A stretch of DNA of 63,812 nt, counting the filler, from Ferroacidibacillus organovorans (lineage in GTDB: Bacteria; Bacillota; Bacilli; Alicyclobacillales; SLC66), in NCBI RefSeq assembly GCF_001642725.1. It is 4 parts of 4 records of this genome, joined end to end, with 100 filler letters (N's around TTAATTAATTAA, not from the genome) between each part and the next. Parts side by side here need not be neighbours in the genome. Positions count along the whole stretch, not along the records: positions 1 to 19,025 come from NZ_LSUQ01000048.1; positions 19,126 to 38,117 come from NZ_LSUQ01000049.1; 2 more parts are not named here. One strand, given 5' to 3'. The position numbers and the translations under genes are program-made. The notes beneath the pieces are model-generated. The model had not been told where the DNA came from. It worked only from the letters and a program-made list of their open reading frames with translations, and searched no databases. Position 1 is the first letter of the stretch. The number at the start of each line of letters is the position of its first letter. Positions 10,028 through 19,960 of this stretch are shown here, one piece after another.

Positions 10028-11770
10028 ATGCGCGTCATTTTTGAACGGAATGTTACGATCCCGATGCGCGATGGCGTGAGGCTTAGCGCAAACTTGTATC
10101 GGCCAGAAGTGGGTGGGCCGTATCCGGTTTTGCTTACACGTCATCCCTACGGAAAAGATACGGCGCTCAGTACGGCGCTTTTGGATCCAACGGTCATGGC
10201 AGAGGCTGGCTATATCGTCGTCATTCAGGATGTGCGCGGACGTTTTGCGTCAGAGGGCGATTTTGAAAGCTATGCGCAGGAATTTGAAGATGGCTATGAC
10301 ACGGTGGAGTGGGCAGCCAGCCTTCCCGGATCCGACGGACAAGTCGGGATGTTTGGCACATCGTATTTCGGGTATACGCAGTGGCAGGCCGCCGCGATGA
10401 GACCACCATCGCTCAAAGCGATTCTGCCCGTGATGACGTATAACGACGCTTGGTATGGTTCGGCGGTGCGCGGCGGCGCGCTTGAGTGGGGGAAACTCGC
10501 GAGTTGGTACACAAGTGCGATTGCGCTACCCGAATTGATGCGCAAGAAACGCACAGATCCGAATCTTCCAATGATGGTTGCGAAACTTGTCTCATTCTAT
10601 GATCAGTTGCCTTCAAAAGGTCTGTTTGAGCTCCCTCTCAGCCGCTTCTCAATTTTTAGAGAGCTCGATCTACTCGGAGATCTCTTTTATGAAGTGTTTG
10701 AACACCCGAACTATGACGCGACATGGGAGGCGACGTCCATTCGTCCCCACTATGACGCGATCGAGATTCCGAGTTTTCACGTCGGAGGTTGGTACGATGT
10801 GTTTGCGCAGCCGACGATTGACAATTATCTTGAAATGAAAGGTCGCGGCCGTCACACCCGATTGCTCATGGGACCGTGGTCACACACCAATTATTCTGGC
10901 TTTGTCGGCGATGTAGACTTCGGAATGGCGGCATCCGCAATGGTGAGAGACTTAAAGGAAGATTTGACGGTCTTTCATCGCAAATGGTTTGATCTCACCC
11001 TTAAAAAGAGTAACGCGTTTGGACTCGCAGATGAACCGCCTGTCACCCTGTTTGTCATGGGTGTCAATCGCTGGATTTCGGCTGAAGCGTGGCCGCTGCC
11101 TGATACGCATCTTACTCCCTTCTATTTGCGTGAAGGGAGGGCGGCTGACGCGGAGCAGAAGTCTGCCCGCGGGTGGCTCTCTCTTGATTCTCCGAATCGA
11201 GAAGTGTCAGACGCGTATGATTACGATCCGGCCGATCCTGTCTTGTCGCGCGGGGGCAATCTCCTCACTCACCCTGTATACGGTGTGGGACCACATGATC
11301 AGCGCGAGATAGAAAAACGCCCGGATGTACTGCTCTATACGAGTGACGTCCTTGAAGAGGATCTCACGGTAATCGGCCCGATTATCGCAAAACTCTATGT
11401 GAGCAGTGACGCGGTTGACACCGATTTTGTCGTGCGTGTGTGTGATGTCCACCCGGATGGGACGTCGATCAACATTGTGGATGGCATTAGGCGTATGCGC
11501 TATCGCGCGTCAAGTGTCGCGCCGTCGCTCATGACGCCAGGTGAAATCTATGAGGTTGACGTCGATCTCTGGTCAACTGCTATGGTGTTTCAAAAGGGGC
11601 ATCGCATTCGTGTCCATGTGACGAGCAGCAGTTTTCCGCACTGGGATCGCAATTTGAACACAGGTGCAAACAACGGAACGACGGCGGAGATGAAGGTCGC
11701 GCGCAACACGGTTTACCACACCGAAGCGTACCCGTCGCATGTCATGTTGCCGATCGTCACGCTCGCGTAA
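10028..11770 (+). CDS. CocE/NonD family serine hydrolase
   Basis: [31 protein letters not shown] nucleophile, GGWYD, GPWSH. Confidence 0.92.
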   Translation: MRVIFERNVTIPMRDGVRLSANLYRPEVGGPYPVLLTRHPYGKDTALSTALLDPTVMAEAGYIVVIQDVRGRFASEGDFESYAQEFEDGYDTVEWAASLPGSDGQVGMFGTSYFGYTQWQAAAMRPPSLKAILPVMTYNDAWYGSAVRGGALEWGKLASWYTSAIALPELMRKKRTDPNLPMMVAKLVSFYDQLPSKGLFELPLSRFSIFRELDLLGDLFYEVFEHPNYDATWEATSIRPHYDAIEIPSFHVGGWYDVFAQPTIDNYLEMKGRGRHTRLLMGPWSHTNYSGFVGDVDFGMAASAMVRDLKEDLTVFHRKWFDLTLKKSNAFGLADEPPVTLFVMGVNRWISAEAWPLPDTHLTPFYLREGRAADAEQKSARGWLSLDSPNREVSDAYDYDPADPVLSRGGNLLTHPVYGVGPHDQREIEKRPDVLLYTSDVLEEDLTVIGPIIAKLYVSSDAVDTDFVVRVCDVHPDGTSINIVDGIRRMRYRASSVAPSLMTPGEIYEVDVDLWSTAMVFQKGHRIRVHVTSSSFPHWDRNLNTGANNGTTAEMKVARNTVYHTEAYPSHVMLPIVTLA

Positions 11771-11793
11771 TCAAAAGATGGGAGGGTGAGAGC

Positions 11794-12999
11794 GTGAATT
11801 TTTCTTTCACGGATAAGGTGAAGCGCATGCAGGCAGAACTGACTTCGTTCATGAATGAGGTTGTCTATCCTAATGAATCTGTGTATGAGGCTCAATTAAA
11901 AGCGGCGAGTATACGGTTTAGCATTCCTCCTATTATGGAAGAAATGAAGAACCAAGCGAAGGCGGCGGGGTTGTGGAATCTCTTTTTACCAGATGAGGAA
12001 TTTGGTGCGGGACTCTCCAACCTCGAATATGCGCCGCTTTGTGAGATCATGGGCAAGTCGATGATTGCGCCAGAAGTGTTTAATTGTTCGGCGCCAGATA
12101 CAGGGAACATGGAAGTTCTTTTGCGCTACGGGACAAAAGACCAACAAGACACATGGCTGCGCCCGCTTCTCGCAGGAGATATTCGTTCGTGTTTTGGTAT
12201 GACGGAGCCGCATGTCGCATCTTCTGACGCGACGAATGTGGAGTCATCGATTGAGCGTGACGGAGATGGCTATCGCATTAACGGTCGCAAGTGGTGGTCG
12301 TCAGGCGCGGGTGATCCGCGCTGCAAGATTGCAATTTTCATGGGCAAGACGGATCGTGACGCACCGCGCCACTTGCAGCAGTCCATGATTCTCGTTCCGA
12401 TGGCTACGCCGGGTGTGACGATTGAGCGCACACTCTCGGTTTTTGGCTATGATCACGCGCCACACGGACACGCGGAAGTGTCCTATGAAAACGTGTATGT
12501 ACCGGCGGAGAACATGCTACTCGGTGAGGGGCGTGGCTTTGAGATCGCACAGGGGCGCCTTGGACCAGGGCGCATCCACCACTGCATGCGATCGATCGGT
12601 GTCGCGGAACGCGCGTTAAGCTTAATGGTCAAGCGCTCAAAAGAGCGGGTTGCGTTTGGTAAAACGCTCGCTGAGCAGGGGGTTGTTCGAACGTGGATTG
12701 CTGACTCGCGCATGGAGATTGAACAGGCACGCCTGCTGACACTCAAGGCGGCGTACATGATGGATGAGTATGGGAACAAAACGGCCCGCAAAGAAATCGC
12801 GATGATCAAGGTGGTCGCCCCCAATGTGGCGCAGCGCGTTCTTGATCGCGCGATTCAGTTGTTTGGGGCGGCCGGCGTGAGTGAGGATTATCCGCTCGCG
12901 GCACATTTTGCCAACATTCGAACTTTACGACTGGCGGACGGTCCGGACGAGGTTCATCGCGATTCGATCGCGCGCCTCGAACTCGCAGATAGACGGTAA
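11794..12999 (+). CDS. Acyl-CoA dehydrogenase, ACAD10/11 (FadE2/LvaC-like) subfamily
   Basis: [47 protein letters not shown]. Confidence 0.92.
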   Translation: MNFSFTDKVKRMQAELTSFMNEVVYPNESVYEAQLKAASIRFSIPPIMEEMKNQAKAAGLWNLFLPDEEFGAGLSNLEYAPLCEIMGKSMIAPEVFNCSAPDTGNMEVLLRYGTKDQQDTWLRPLLAGDIRSCFGMTEPHVASSDATNVESSIERDGDGYRINGRKWWSSGAGDPRCKIAIFMGKTDRDAPRHLQQSMILVPMATPGVTIERTLSVFGYDHAPHGHAEVSYENVYVPAENMLLGEGRGFEIAQGRLGPGRIHHCMRSIGVAERALSLMVKRSKERVAFGKTLAEQGVVRTWIADSRMEIEQARLLTLKAAYMMDEYGNKTARKEIAMIKVVAPNVAQRVLDRAIQLFGAAGVSEDYPLAAHFANIRTLRLADGPDEVHRDSIARLELADRR

Positions 13000-13268
13000 C
13001 ATGGCGTTCTCGCACCACACCGTCTGCGGGAAAAATAATCGACTGCGCCGTTATTTCGAGATCGAGGATAGGCGAGCGGTGAGGTGATCTTGGCTGAGAG
13101 AATGGGATGTGGATCAGAACCAAGATCGCATTTCGACTAAATATGTCAGAAGATATGGAAAATTTAAAGTTATGGGATAGGAGGTGATGCTTGCAGAATA
13201 TCCGAGTGTTAGCGTATAACGCCACAAATGAGCGCGTCGAATTTAAAGAAAAATGGGGGGGTCAACTC

Positions 13269-14522
13269 GTGAAGAAAACGTTGAAAAGATCGGTGACTGC
13301 ATTGACAGGTCTAGCGATGGCCGTGTGGAGCGTGGGGGGATCTGCTGCATTTGCGACGACGACAACAAAGCCACACGCCGCTCATCACTCGATGAAACGT
13401 GCTTCATACAGTCAAGGCGCAAGTCAAACACAAATTGTCCTCGGCACATCAGGACCGCTGACAGGGCCGATTGCCGCATACGGCGCCATTGCAGAAGGGG
13501 AGAATGCCTATTTTAATTATGTCAACGCAACAGGTGGAATCCATCATCGGAAAATTAAACTCATCATGCTCGATGATCAGTATCAGCCTGACAAGGCTGT
13601 GGCCAATGCGCGCGCACTCGTGTCAGACGGCATCTTTGCGGCTGTGGGGACGCTTGGCACCGCCACGAATCAGGCTTCCGACCCGTTTCTACTGCGCGCA
13701 AACATTCCAGTGACTTCTGTGGCGACAGGATCGAGTGCGCTCACGGTCCCGGTTGTTCCACTGCGATTTGGGCTTGAGCCGACATACACCCTTGAAGGAC
13801 ATGTGATGACGCGCTGGGCGATTATGCACAATCACATCAAAACCATTGGCGTCTTTTATCAGAATGATGATTTTGGGAAAGAAGGTCTTAACGCGATCAT
13901 TCAAGAAGCGGCGCGTTATCACGTAAAGGTTGTCGCGAAAGTGGCGTACAATGCGACCGACACGGATTTTTCTACGTATGCACTCAACATGAAACGCGCG
14001 CATCCCCAAGCCGTATTTGAGATTGGCGTGCCAGAACCGACTGCCATGTTTGAGATTGGCATGATGCAACTCGGGTTTCACCCCCAACAGTATGTGACCT
14101 ACGTTTCGGGGGATCCGATTATGTTTAAACTGGCCGGAAAAGCATTCAACGGTGCGTATACAGACGGCTGGTTGCCCTTACTCAATTCACAAAAAACAGC
14201 CACCTTCCGCGCGTGGTTCAAAAAAACGTACCCGAACACCCCACCCACGCTGCTCGCGCTCAGCGGATGGGTTGATGCGCAGGTTGTCGCGCACGGACTC
14301 GCCATGTGCGGAAACACACTCACCACGACGAACTTTATTAAACAGATGAACAGCATCAAGAACTGGATGGGCGCAGATACCTCATCGCCTGTCACGTATA
14401 CGCCAGCGAACCACTTTGGTATTGACGCGATGTATATGCTGCAAGCCAACGGTAAGACACAGCAACTCGTGCCAAAGTCAGGGCTCATTTTTTATCATCA
14501 AGTTGGCAGCTCACTCAACTGA
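13269..14522 (+). CDS. ABC substrate-binding protein (LIVBP-like)
   Basis: Signal peptide, PLTGP, GGIHHRKI..DDQYQP, YQNDDFG; GTG start at 13269. Confidence 0.88.
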   Translation: MKKTLKRSVTALTGLAMAVWSVGGSAAFATTTTKPHAAHHSMKRASYSQGASQTQIVLGTSGPLTGPIAAYGAIAEGENAYFNYVNATGGIHHRKIKLIMLDDQYQPDKAVANARALVSDGIFAAVGTLGTATNQASDPFLLRANIPVTSVATGSSALTVPVVPLRFGLEPTYTLEGHVMTRWAIMHNHIKTIGVFYQNDDFGKEGLNAIIQEAARYHVKVVAKVAYNATDTDFSTYALNMKRAHPQAVFEIGVPEPTAMFEIGMMQLGFHPQQYVTYVSGDPIMFKLAGKAFNGAYTDGWLPLLNSQKTATFRAWFKKTYPNTPPTLLALSGWVDAQVVAHGLAMCGNTLTTTNFIKQMNSIKNWMGADTSSPVTYTPANHFGIDAMYMLQANGKTQQLVPKSGLIFYHQVGSSLN

Positions 14523-14570
14523 CATTTTATGTAACATATGTAACTGGAAGATGAGGGAGGAGGGCGTGAA

Positions 14571-15440
14571 TTGCTTTGGCAAACCATTTTGAGTGGGCTC
14601 GCCGTGGGGAGTTTGTATGCGCTTTCAGCGATAGGCCTTGTGCTCATTTTTAAGACATCAAACATCGTGAATTTCGCGCAGGGTCAAATGGCCATGCTCT
14701 CAACGTTTGTCGCGTTTCAAATGCTTACACGATGGGGGTTCCCTTATTGGCTGGCGGCCCTCGCCTCCCTCGTCTTTGCGCTCGTTTTTGGGTTTTTTGT
14801 CTACATTGTTTTTCTCTCAAGGTTAAAGCGTGCTGAGGTATTGAGTCAGATCATTTTGACGCTTGGACTCTATCTTGTCTTCCGCGGCGTTGCGGGAGTC
14901 CTGTGGGGAAATGTACCGTTTACGATGCCGGCGGCAGTTTCCACGAATACGGTACACATCGGTTCAGCCGTTGTAACGTGGTATCAACTCTTCATCATGA
15001 TCGTAACCCTGCTCTTGATGTTAGTGTTTTACGCCATGTTCCGCTATACGAAAACGGGACTCGCCATGCGAGCTGTGTCGCAGAATCAGCAGGCGGCTCG
15101 CCTCATGGGGGTTTCCCTCACGCGTATTTACGGCGCGACGTGGGCGGTTAGTACCGCGCTTGGCGCCATCGCGGGTCTGCTGATCGCGCCGATACTCTTT
15201 TTATCTCCGTCATTCATGGATTCCGTTGCGGTGAAGGCTTTTGCCGCCGCAGTGCTTGGCGGATTCTCATCCTTGCCGGGAGCCGTACTCGGCGGGCTCG
15301 TTTTAGGGGTGATGGAGAGCGTGTTTGGATTCTATATTTCTACAGACCTCAAATCAACCTTTGTGTTTTTGTTGATCATCGGAATCCTCTATGTTCGACC
15401 ACAAGGATTGTTTGGAACGCGTGAGGTGAAAAAGGTATGA
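14571..15440 (+). CDS. ABC permease (LivH-like)
   Basis: GLVLIFKTSNIVNFAQG, GLAMRAVSQN. Confidence 0.9.
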   Translation: MLWQTILSGLAVGSLYALSAIGLVLIFKTSNIVNFAQGQMAMLSTFVAFQMLTRWGFPYWLAALASLVFALVFGFFVYIVFLSRLKRAEVLSQIILTLGLYLVFRGVAGVLWGNVPFTMPAAVSTNTVHIGSAVVTWYQLFIMIVTLLLMLVFYAMFRYTKTGLAMRAVSQNQQAARLMGVSLTRIYGATWAVSTALGAIAGLLIAPILFLSPSFMDSVAVKAFAAAVLGGFSSLPGAVLGGLVLGVMESVFGFYISTDLKSTFVFLLIIGILYVRPQGLFGTREVKKV

Positions 15441-16444
15441 CAAGCGAACGCAATTTACGCATGGCTCGGCTACTTGTCGTGGCACTCGCTGCGCTTGCCG
15501 CGCCGTTTGTCGTCATGCCGCTCGGATCACAAATGTCATACATTCTAGACATGAGCGTGATCTTTTGCATTGTTGCAGTCGCACTCAATCTTTTGACTGG
15601 TTTCAGTGGCCAGGTTTCGCTCGGTCACGCCGCATTCCTCATGGTGGGGGAGTATGTGTCATCCCTTTTGACGCTGAATCTCAACTGGTCGTTTTGGATT
15701 GCGTTACCTTTGAGCGCGGTGGTGACTGGAATCCTTGGTTTTCTCATCGGACTACCGGCGGTGCGACTCTCGGGTAATTTTCTCGCCGTTGCGACAATGG
15801 GGTTTAGTTTTGCTGTTCCAGAACTCGCATTAAAATGGTCCGGCCTTACGAATGGATCGAGTGGGCTCATGCCTTTGCGACCTGCACTTGGATCCTATGT
15901 CCTGGGAAGTGACCAAGCGTATTACTTCCTCATTCTCGCTTGTCTTGTCGTTCAGATCATCGTCATAAAAAATCTGCTGAAAAGTCGAACGGGTCGCGCG
16001 TTTCAAGCGATTCGCGACAGTGAAATCGCTGCGCAATCCTCCGGCGTACGCGTGGGGTACAACAAAGCGCTCGTATTTTCCATCAGTGCAGGGTTTACTG
16101 GTATCGCAGGATCACTCTACGCACACTACATCAATTTCGTATCGCCAAACGATTTTACTGTTCAAGATTCGTTTCTCTTTCTGGCGATGATTGTGGTCGG
16201 CGGACTCGCTTCGATTCCCGGCTCCATTCTTGGCGCGATCGTGATCAACACCATCAATCAGCTCTCTAGCAGTTTTGGGCAATACTCTATCATTTTGGTA
16301 GGCGCGGTCATGGTTTTGGCTGTCTTGCTATTTCCTAAGGGGCTGGTTTCACTTCGCGTACCGCCTCACGCGCGAAAACCTCGCCACTCTTCGAGGGGGA
16401 GTGCCAGAGTGACGAGGGAGGTAGAATCCCCAGATGTTCCTTGA
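15437..16444 (+). CDS. ABC permease (LivM-like)
   Basis: GFSGQVSLGHAAF, GRAFQAIRDSE. Confidence 0.9.
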   Translation: MTSERNLRMARLLVVALAALAAPFVVMPLGSQMSYILDMSVIFCIVAVALNLLTGFSGQVSLGHAAFLMVGEYVSSLLTLNLNWSFWIALPLSAVVTGILGFLIGLPAVRLSGNFLAVATMGFSFAVPELALKWSGLTNGSSGLMPLRPALGSYVLGSDQAYYFLILACLVVQIIVIKNLLKSRTGRAFQAIRDSEIAAQSSGVRVGYNKALVFSISAGFTGIAGSLYAHYINFVSPNDFTVQDSFLFLAMIVVGGLASIPGSILGAIVINTINQLSSSFGQYSIILVGAVMVLAVLLFPKGLVSLRVPPHARKPRHSSRGSARVTREVESPDVP

Positions 16445-17195
16445 ATTTGATGAAGTGACACTACGCTTCTCAGGTCTTGTCGCATTAAAAGGCGTCTCGC
16501 TCACCGTGAATGAGGGAGGGATTTTCGCAATCATTGGACCGAATGGCGCCGGAAAGAGCACGATGTTGAATTGTCTTTCAAGAATCTACACACCGCAACA
16601 AGGCGCCATCCGCTTCTTGGGGGAGAATCTGTTACGCGTGGCTCCCGATCGAATCAAAGCATGCGGCATTGGAAGAAGCTTTCAGAACATGGAGCTCTTC
16701 TCGAAGATGACCGTTGAAGATAACCTGCTCGTTGGGTATCACTGTGCGCTCCCATCCAATCCTTTTTCCGAAGCGGTCGGTTGGTACAAGGCACGGTCGC
16801 GTGAGCGAGAAGCGCGTGAGCGTGTGCAACGTGTTCTCGAATCGTTGGGTATTGCATCCTATTCTAGGCAAACTGCCGGGAACCTACCGTATGGCATCCA
16901 AAAGAAGGTGGATGTAGGCCGCGCATTAATGGGTGATCCGCGTCTCCTTTTGCTTGATGAACCGGCCGCAGGATTGAACGAGTTGGAGACAGAGGAATTG
17001 GGGCACTGGATCAGCGACATCAAACGAGCGATGAAGACGACTGTTGTCATGATCGAACACGACATGAACCTTGTCATGAGCATCTCTGATCGAATTGCGG
17101 TTCTTGATTTCGGAGAATTGATTGCAGTCGGGACTCCAGTCGAAATTCGTCAGGATGAGCGGGTTATTCGCGCGTATCTTGGGCAGGAGGCGTAA
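16434..17195 (+). CDS. ABC ATPase (LivG-like)
   Basis: GPNGAGKS, RSFQN, LDEPAAGLN, VIRAYLG. Confidence 0.9.
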   Translation: MFLEFDEVTLRFSGLVALKGVSLTVNEGGIFAIIGPNGAGKSTMLNCLSRIYTPQQGAIRFLGENLLRVAPDRIKACGIGRSFQNMELFSKMTVEDNLLVGYHCALPSNPFSEAVGWYKARSREREARERVQRVLESLGIASYSRQTAGNLPYGIQKKVDVGRALMGDPRLLLLDEPAAGLNELETEELGHWISDIKRAMKTTVVMIEHDMNLVMSISDRIAVLDFGELIAVGTPVEIRQDERVIRAYLGQEA

Positions 17196-17197
17196 AC

Positions 17198-17917
17198 ATG
17201 CTTGAACTTGATCGCGTCATCAGCGGCTATGGATCGAGCCGCGCACTTCACGAAGTGTCACTCACCGTTCCCCGCGGCTCCTTAGTGACCGTTCTCGGGG
17301 CAAACGGCGCTGGCAAATCGACACTTTTACGCGTGGCCTCGGGACTCCTCCCGATTTGGGGAGGCGACATAAAGATGGATGGACGATGGATGACGAGAAA
17401 ATCGACGCGTGAGATTGTGCGCGCCGGCGTTGTACACTGTCCTGAGGGGAGGCAGATCTTTTCGCAACTCACGGTCTATGAAAACTTGCAAATGGGTGGA
17501 TACCTTCGGGACGATCGAAAAGCTGCGAAGCGATCGATGGATCAAGTTTTCTCCTATTTTCCGAGATTGAAAGAGCGTGTCAAACAGCGCGCCGGGACGC
17601 TTTCTGGCGGGGAACAGCAAATGCTCGCCATCGGGCGTTCGCTCATGGCCAGTCCCAGGCTCTTGATGCTTGATGAACCGTCCCTTGGCATTGCGCCAAA
17701 ACTGGTTCAAGAGATACTTGGCATTCTGGGTTTTATTCAAGAAGAAGGAACCGCGGTTCTCCTTGTCGAACAGAATGCTCGACTCGCGTTGCAACACGCA
17801 GATTACGCGTATGTACTTGATTTGGGGCGCGTCGTCATGGAGGGTGCGGGATCAACACTTGCGAAGGATTCGCGAATCGAGGAACGTTATTTCGGTGCAC
17901 GCGATACCGCAATGTAA
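17198..17917 (+). CDS. ABC ATPase (LivF-like)
   Basis: GANGAGKS, PEGRQIF, LSGGEQQM. Confidence 0.9.
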   Translation: MLELDRVISGYGSSRALHEVSLTVPRGSLVTVLGANGAGKSTLLRVASGLLPIWGGDIKMDGRWMTRKSTREIVRAGVVHCPEGRQIFSQLTVYENLQMGGYLRDDRKAAKRSMDQVFSYFPRLKERVKQRAGTLSGGEQQMLAIGRSLMASPRLLMLDEPSLGIAPKLVQEILGILGFIQEEGTAVLLVEQNARLALQHADYAYVLDLGRVVMEGAGSTLAKDSRIEERYFGARDTAM

Positions 17918-17932
17918 AAAGGGGGCGTGCCG

Positions 17933-18595
17933 ATGGCAGGCGTTTCGTTCACAACGCTTGAAGAGGCGGCCCGCAATGTCAAAACCGGGATGCGGGTCAT
18001 GGTCGGTGGATTCGGTCTGGCAGGGGTGCCCGATCAACTCGTGTATACGGTCCGTAAAAAGACGGAAACGCGTGACCTGACGGTGATCAGCAACAATATT
18101 TCCGTGGGGACGCAAGCGGATGCGCTTTTTCAGGAAGGGCGGATCAAAAAAGCGATCGGCTCTTACTTTACGACGAATCCAAGCGTTGTGCAGGCGTATC
18201 GTGAAGGCCGGGTTGAGATTGAGTTGCTTCCACAGGGCACGTTTGCAGAAGCCATTCGCTTGGGCGGTGCTGGAATCGCTGCGTTTTATACGCCGACTGC
18301 GGCGGGAACGGAATTAGCGATTGGAAAAGAGGTTCGTATGTTTGATGGTCGCGAGCATGTTTTAGAACGTGCGCTGCGCGCGGACGTTGCGTTGATCCAC
18401 GCTTATAAAGCAGATCGGGCGGGGAATCTCGTCTATCGAAAATCTTCGCGCAATTTCAATCCGCTGATGGCGATGGCGGCAGACTACGTGATTGTGGAGG
18501 TTGAACATCTCGTTGATGTCGGGGAGCTGGCCCCGGATGAAATTGTGACACCGTTTATTTTTATCGATGAAGTGGTTGTAGCTGCAAGGAGGTGA
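17933..18595 (+). CDS. 3-oxoacid CoA-transferase subunit A
   Basis: VGGFGLAGVP, PQGTFAEAIRLGGAG, RNFNP. Confidence 0.9.
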   Translation: MAGVSFTTLEEAARNVKTGMRVMVGGFGLAGVPDQLVYTVRKKTETRDLTVISNNISVGTQADALFQEGRIKKAIGSYFTTNPSVVQAYREGRVEIELLPQGTFAEAIRLGGAGIAAFYTPTAAGTELAIGKEVRMFDGREHVLERALRADVALIHAYKADRAGNLVYRKSSRNFNPLMAMAADYVIVEVEHLVDVGELAPDEIVTPFIFIDEVVVAARR

Positions 18596-18599
18596 GGTT

Positions 18600-19025
18600 G
18601 TGGGAGTGGCCGCTGATGTGACGGACGCGCTGCGTCAAAGCGAGAGCGTCAGGCGTAGAATTGCCTGGCGTTGCGCGCAAGAATTGACGGCAGGTGTCGT
18701 GAACTTAGGGATTGGCATCCCCGCGTATGTTGCGGATTATCTACCGCCGACGGGGGTAACGCTGCACTCTGAAAACGGGGTGCTCGGCGTCGGACCGGCG
18801 CCAGACGCGGCGCAGATTGACCCAGATCTCGTGAATGCCACAAAATTGCCCATCACCGTGTTGCCGCACGCCTCTTTTTTTGACAGCGCGCTCTCCTTTG
18901 CGATCATGCGCGGAGGGCATCTCGACGCGACCGTCGTGGGGGCGCTTCAAGTGGCGGAGAATGGCGATTTGGCGAGTTGGGCCATTCCCGGCGGGGATGT
19001 GCTCGGCGTTGGTGGAGCTATGGAT
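18600..19025 (+). CDS. 3-oxoacid CoA-transferase subunit B (truncated by gap)
   Basis: VNLGIGIP, SENG catalytic Glu motif, RGGHLD, GGAMD. Confidence 0.9.
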
Positions 19026-19125
19026 NNNNNNNNNNNNNNNNNNNNNNNNNNNNNNNNNNNNNNNNNNNNTTAATTAATTAANNNNNNNNNNNNNNNNNNN
19101 NNNNNNNNNNNNNNNNNNNNNNNNN
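19026..19125. other. Artificial contig linker/gap
   Basis: N44-TTAATTAATTAA-N44 (stop codons in all six frames). Confidence 0.97.
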
Positions 19126-19676
19126 GCACGGCCGGCGCTTTACACAGTGTCGCGCAAGAGCGCAATCGTACGCTTGCGGCGGTCGGGAGTTTTGAGGCGG
19201 GACGCGATCTGCCGCTTGTGCGCGTCGTTGAGGATGCGCAGGATCATCCGTACAATGAGACGCGGTTTGCGCTTCTGACGCGCCGCGCGACGGAGTTTCA
19301 AGAAGATGGATTTGCTTCGGTCGGGGAGGCGAGCGCCGCTTTGCCGCGCTTTTCTTATGCGGGGATCAGCCGCACTCCCGTGTACAAGAAGACATCGATT
19401 TTGCTCGAGCTAGGGGATGACCATCCTGGCGCACTTTTTGAAGTCTTGCGTGTATTGGCGCGGGATGGGATCAACCTTTCAAAACTCGAATCACGGCCGT
19501 CGCGACGGGGTCTTGGAAGTTATCATTTCTTTCTTGATTTGTTGTTGCAGGATGAACCAAGTGTTGTAGATCAAGCGCTCGCGGAGATCGCGACACTCAC
19601 TGGCTTTGTTCTTCACCACGTCGGGAGCTATCCGTGTTTTCGCGAGGATGCCGATGAAACGGCTTCTCAGAAATAG
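19126..19676 (+). CDS. pheA: Prephenate dehydratase, C-terminal part
   Basis: NETRF motif, ACT domain DHPGALFEVL..GINLSKLESRP; 5' end lost in the gap. Confidence 0.9.
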
Positions 19677-19695
19677 CACATTGAAGTGGCGTGAT

Positions 19696-19724
19696 TTGAC
19701 AGATTTCGTCGAAAACGATAAGAT
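19696..19724 (+). promoter_or_regulatory. SigmaA-type promoter
   Basis: TTGACA (19696-19701), 17 nt spacer, TAAGAT (19719-19724). Confidence 0.7.
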
Positions 19725-19730
19725 GACTCG

Positions 19731-19826
19731 TAGTACCCAAATAAAAGTATAGAGAACTGTTGCGCCTTTTGGCTGTGTCAACTCCCCCCACACACTGCCA
19801 AGAGGCAAGACAGTTCTCTTTATGTT
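19731..19826 (+). ncRNA. Candidate small RNA: long hairpin with C-rich loop
   Basis: Stems 19751-60/19810-19, 19764-73/19797-806 and 19774-78/19790-94; loop CAACTCCCCCC; T-rich tail; directly downstream of the promoter. Confidence 0.5.
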
Positions 19827-19960
19827 GTCCTCACGAGGTAAATGCGATCCGGGTCGACTCCTGCGAAATGCTGTCCCACGATGATACGCGCCTATTTTCC
19901 TGTCATTCTGCCCATCTGCGCATATAGTGCAAATGACTACGGACCTAGGAGGCCAATTGC

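Noticed and set aside
19026..19125. Palindromic TTAATTAATTAA repeated three times in the window
   Set aside because: Always centred in N44 runs; it is an artificial six-frame-stop contig linker, not a biological repeat. Gene adjacency across it is meaningless.
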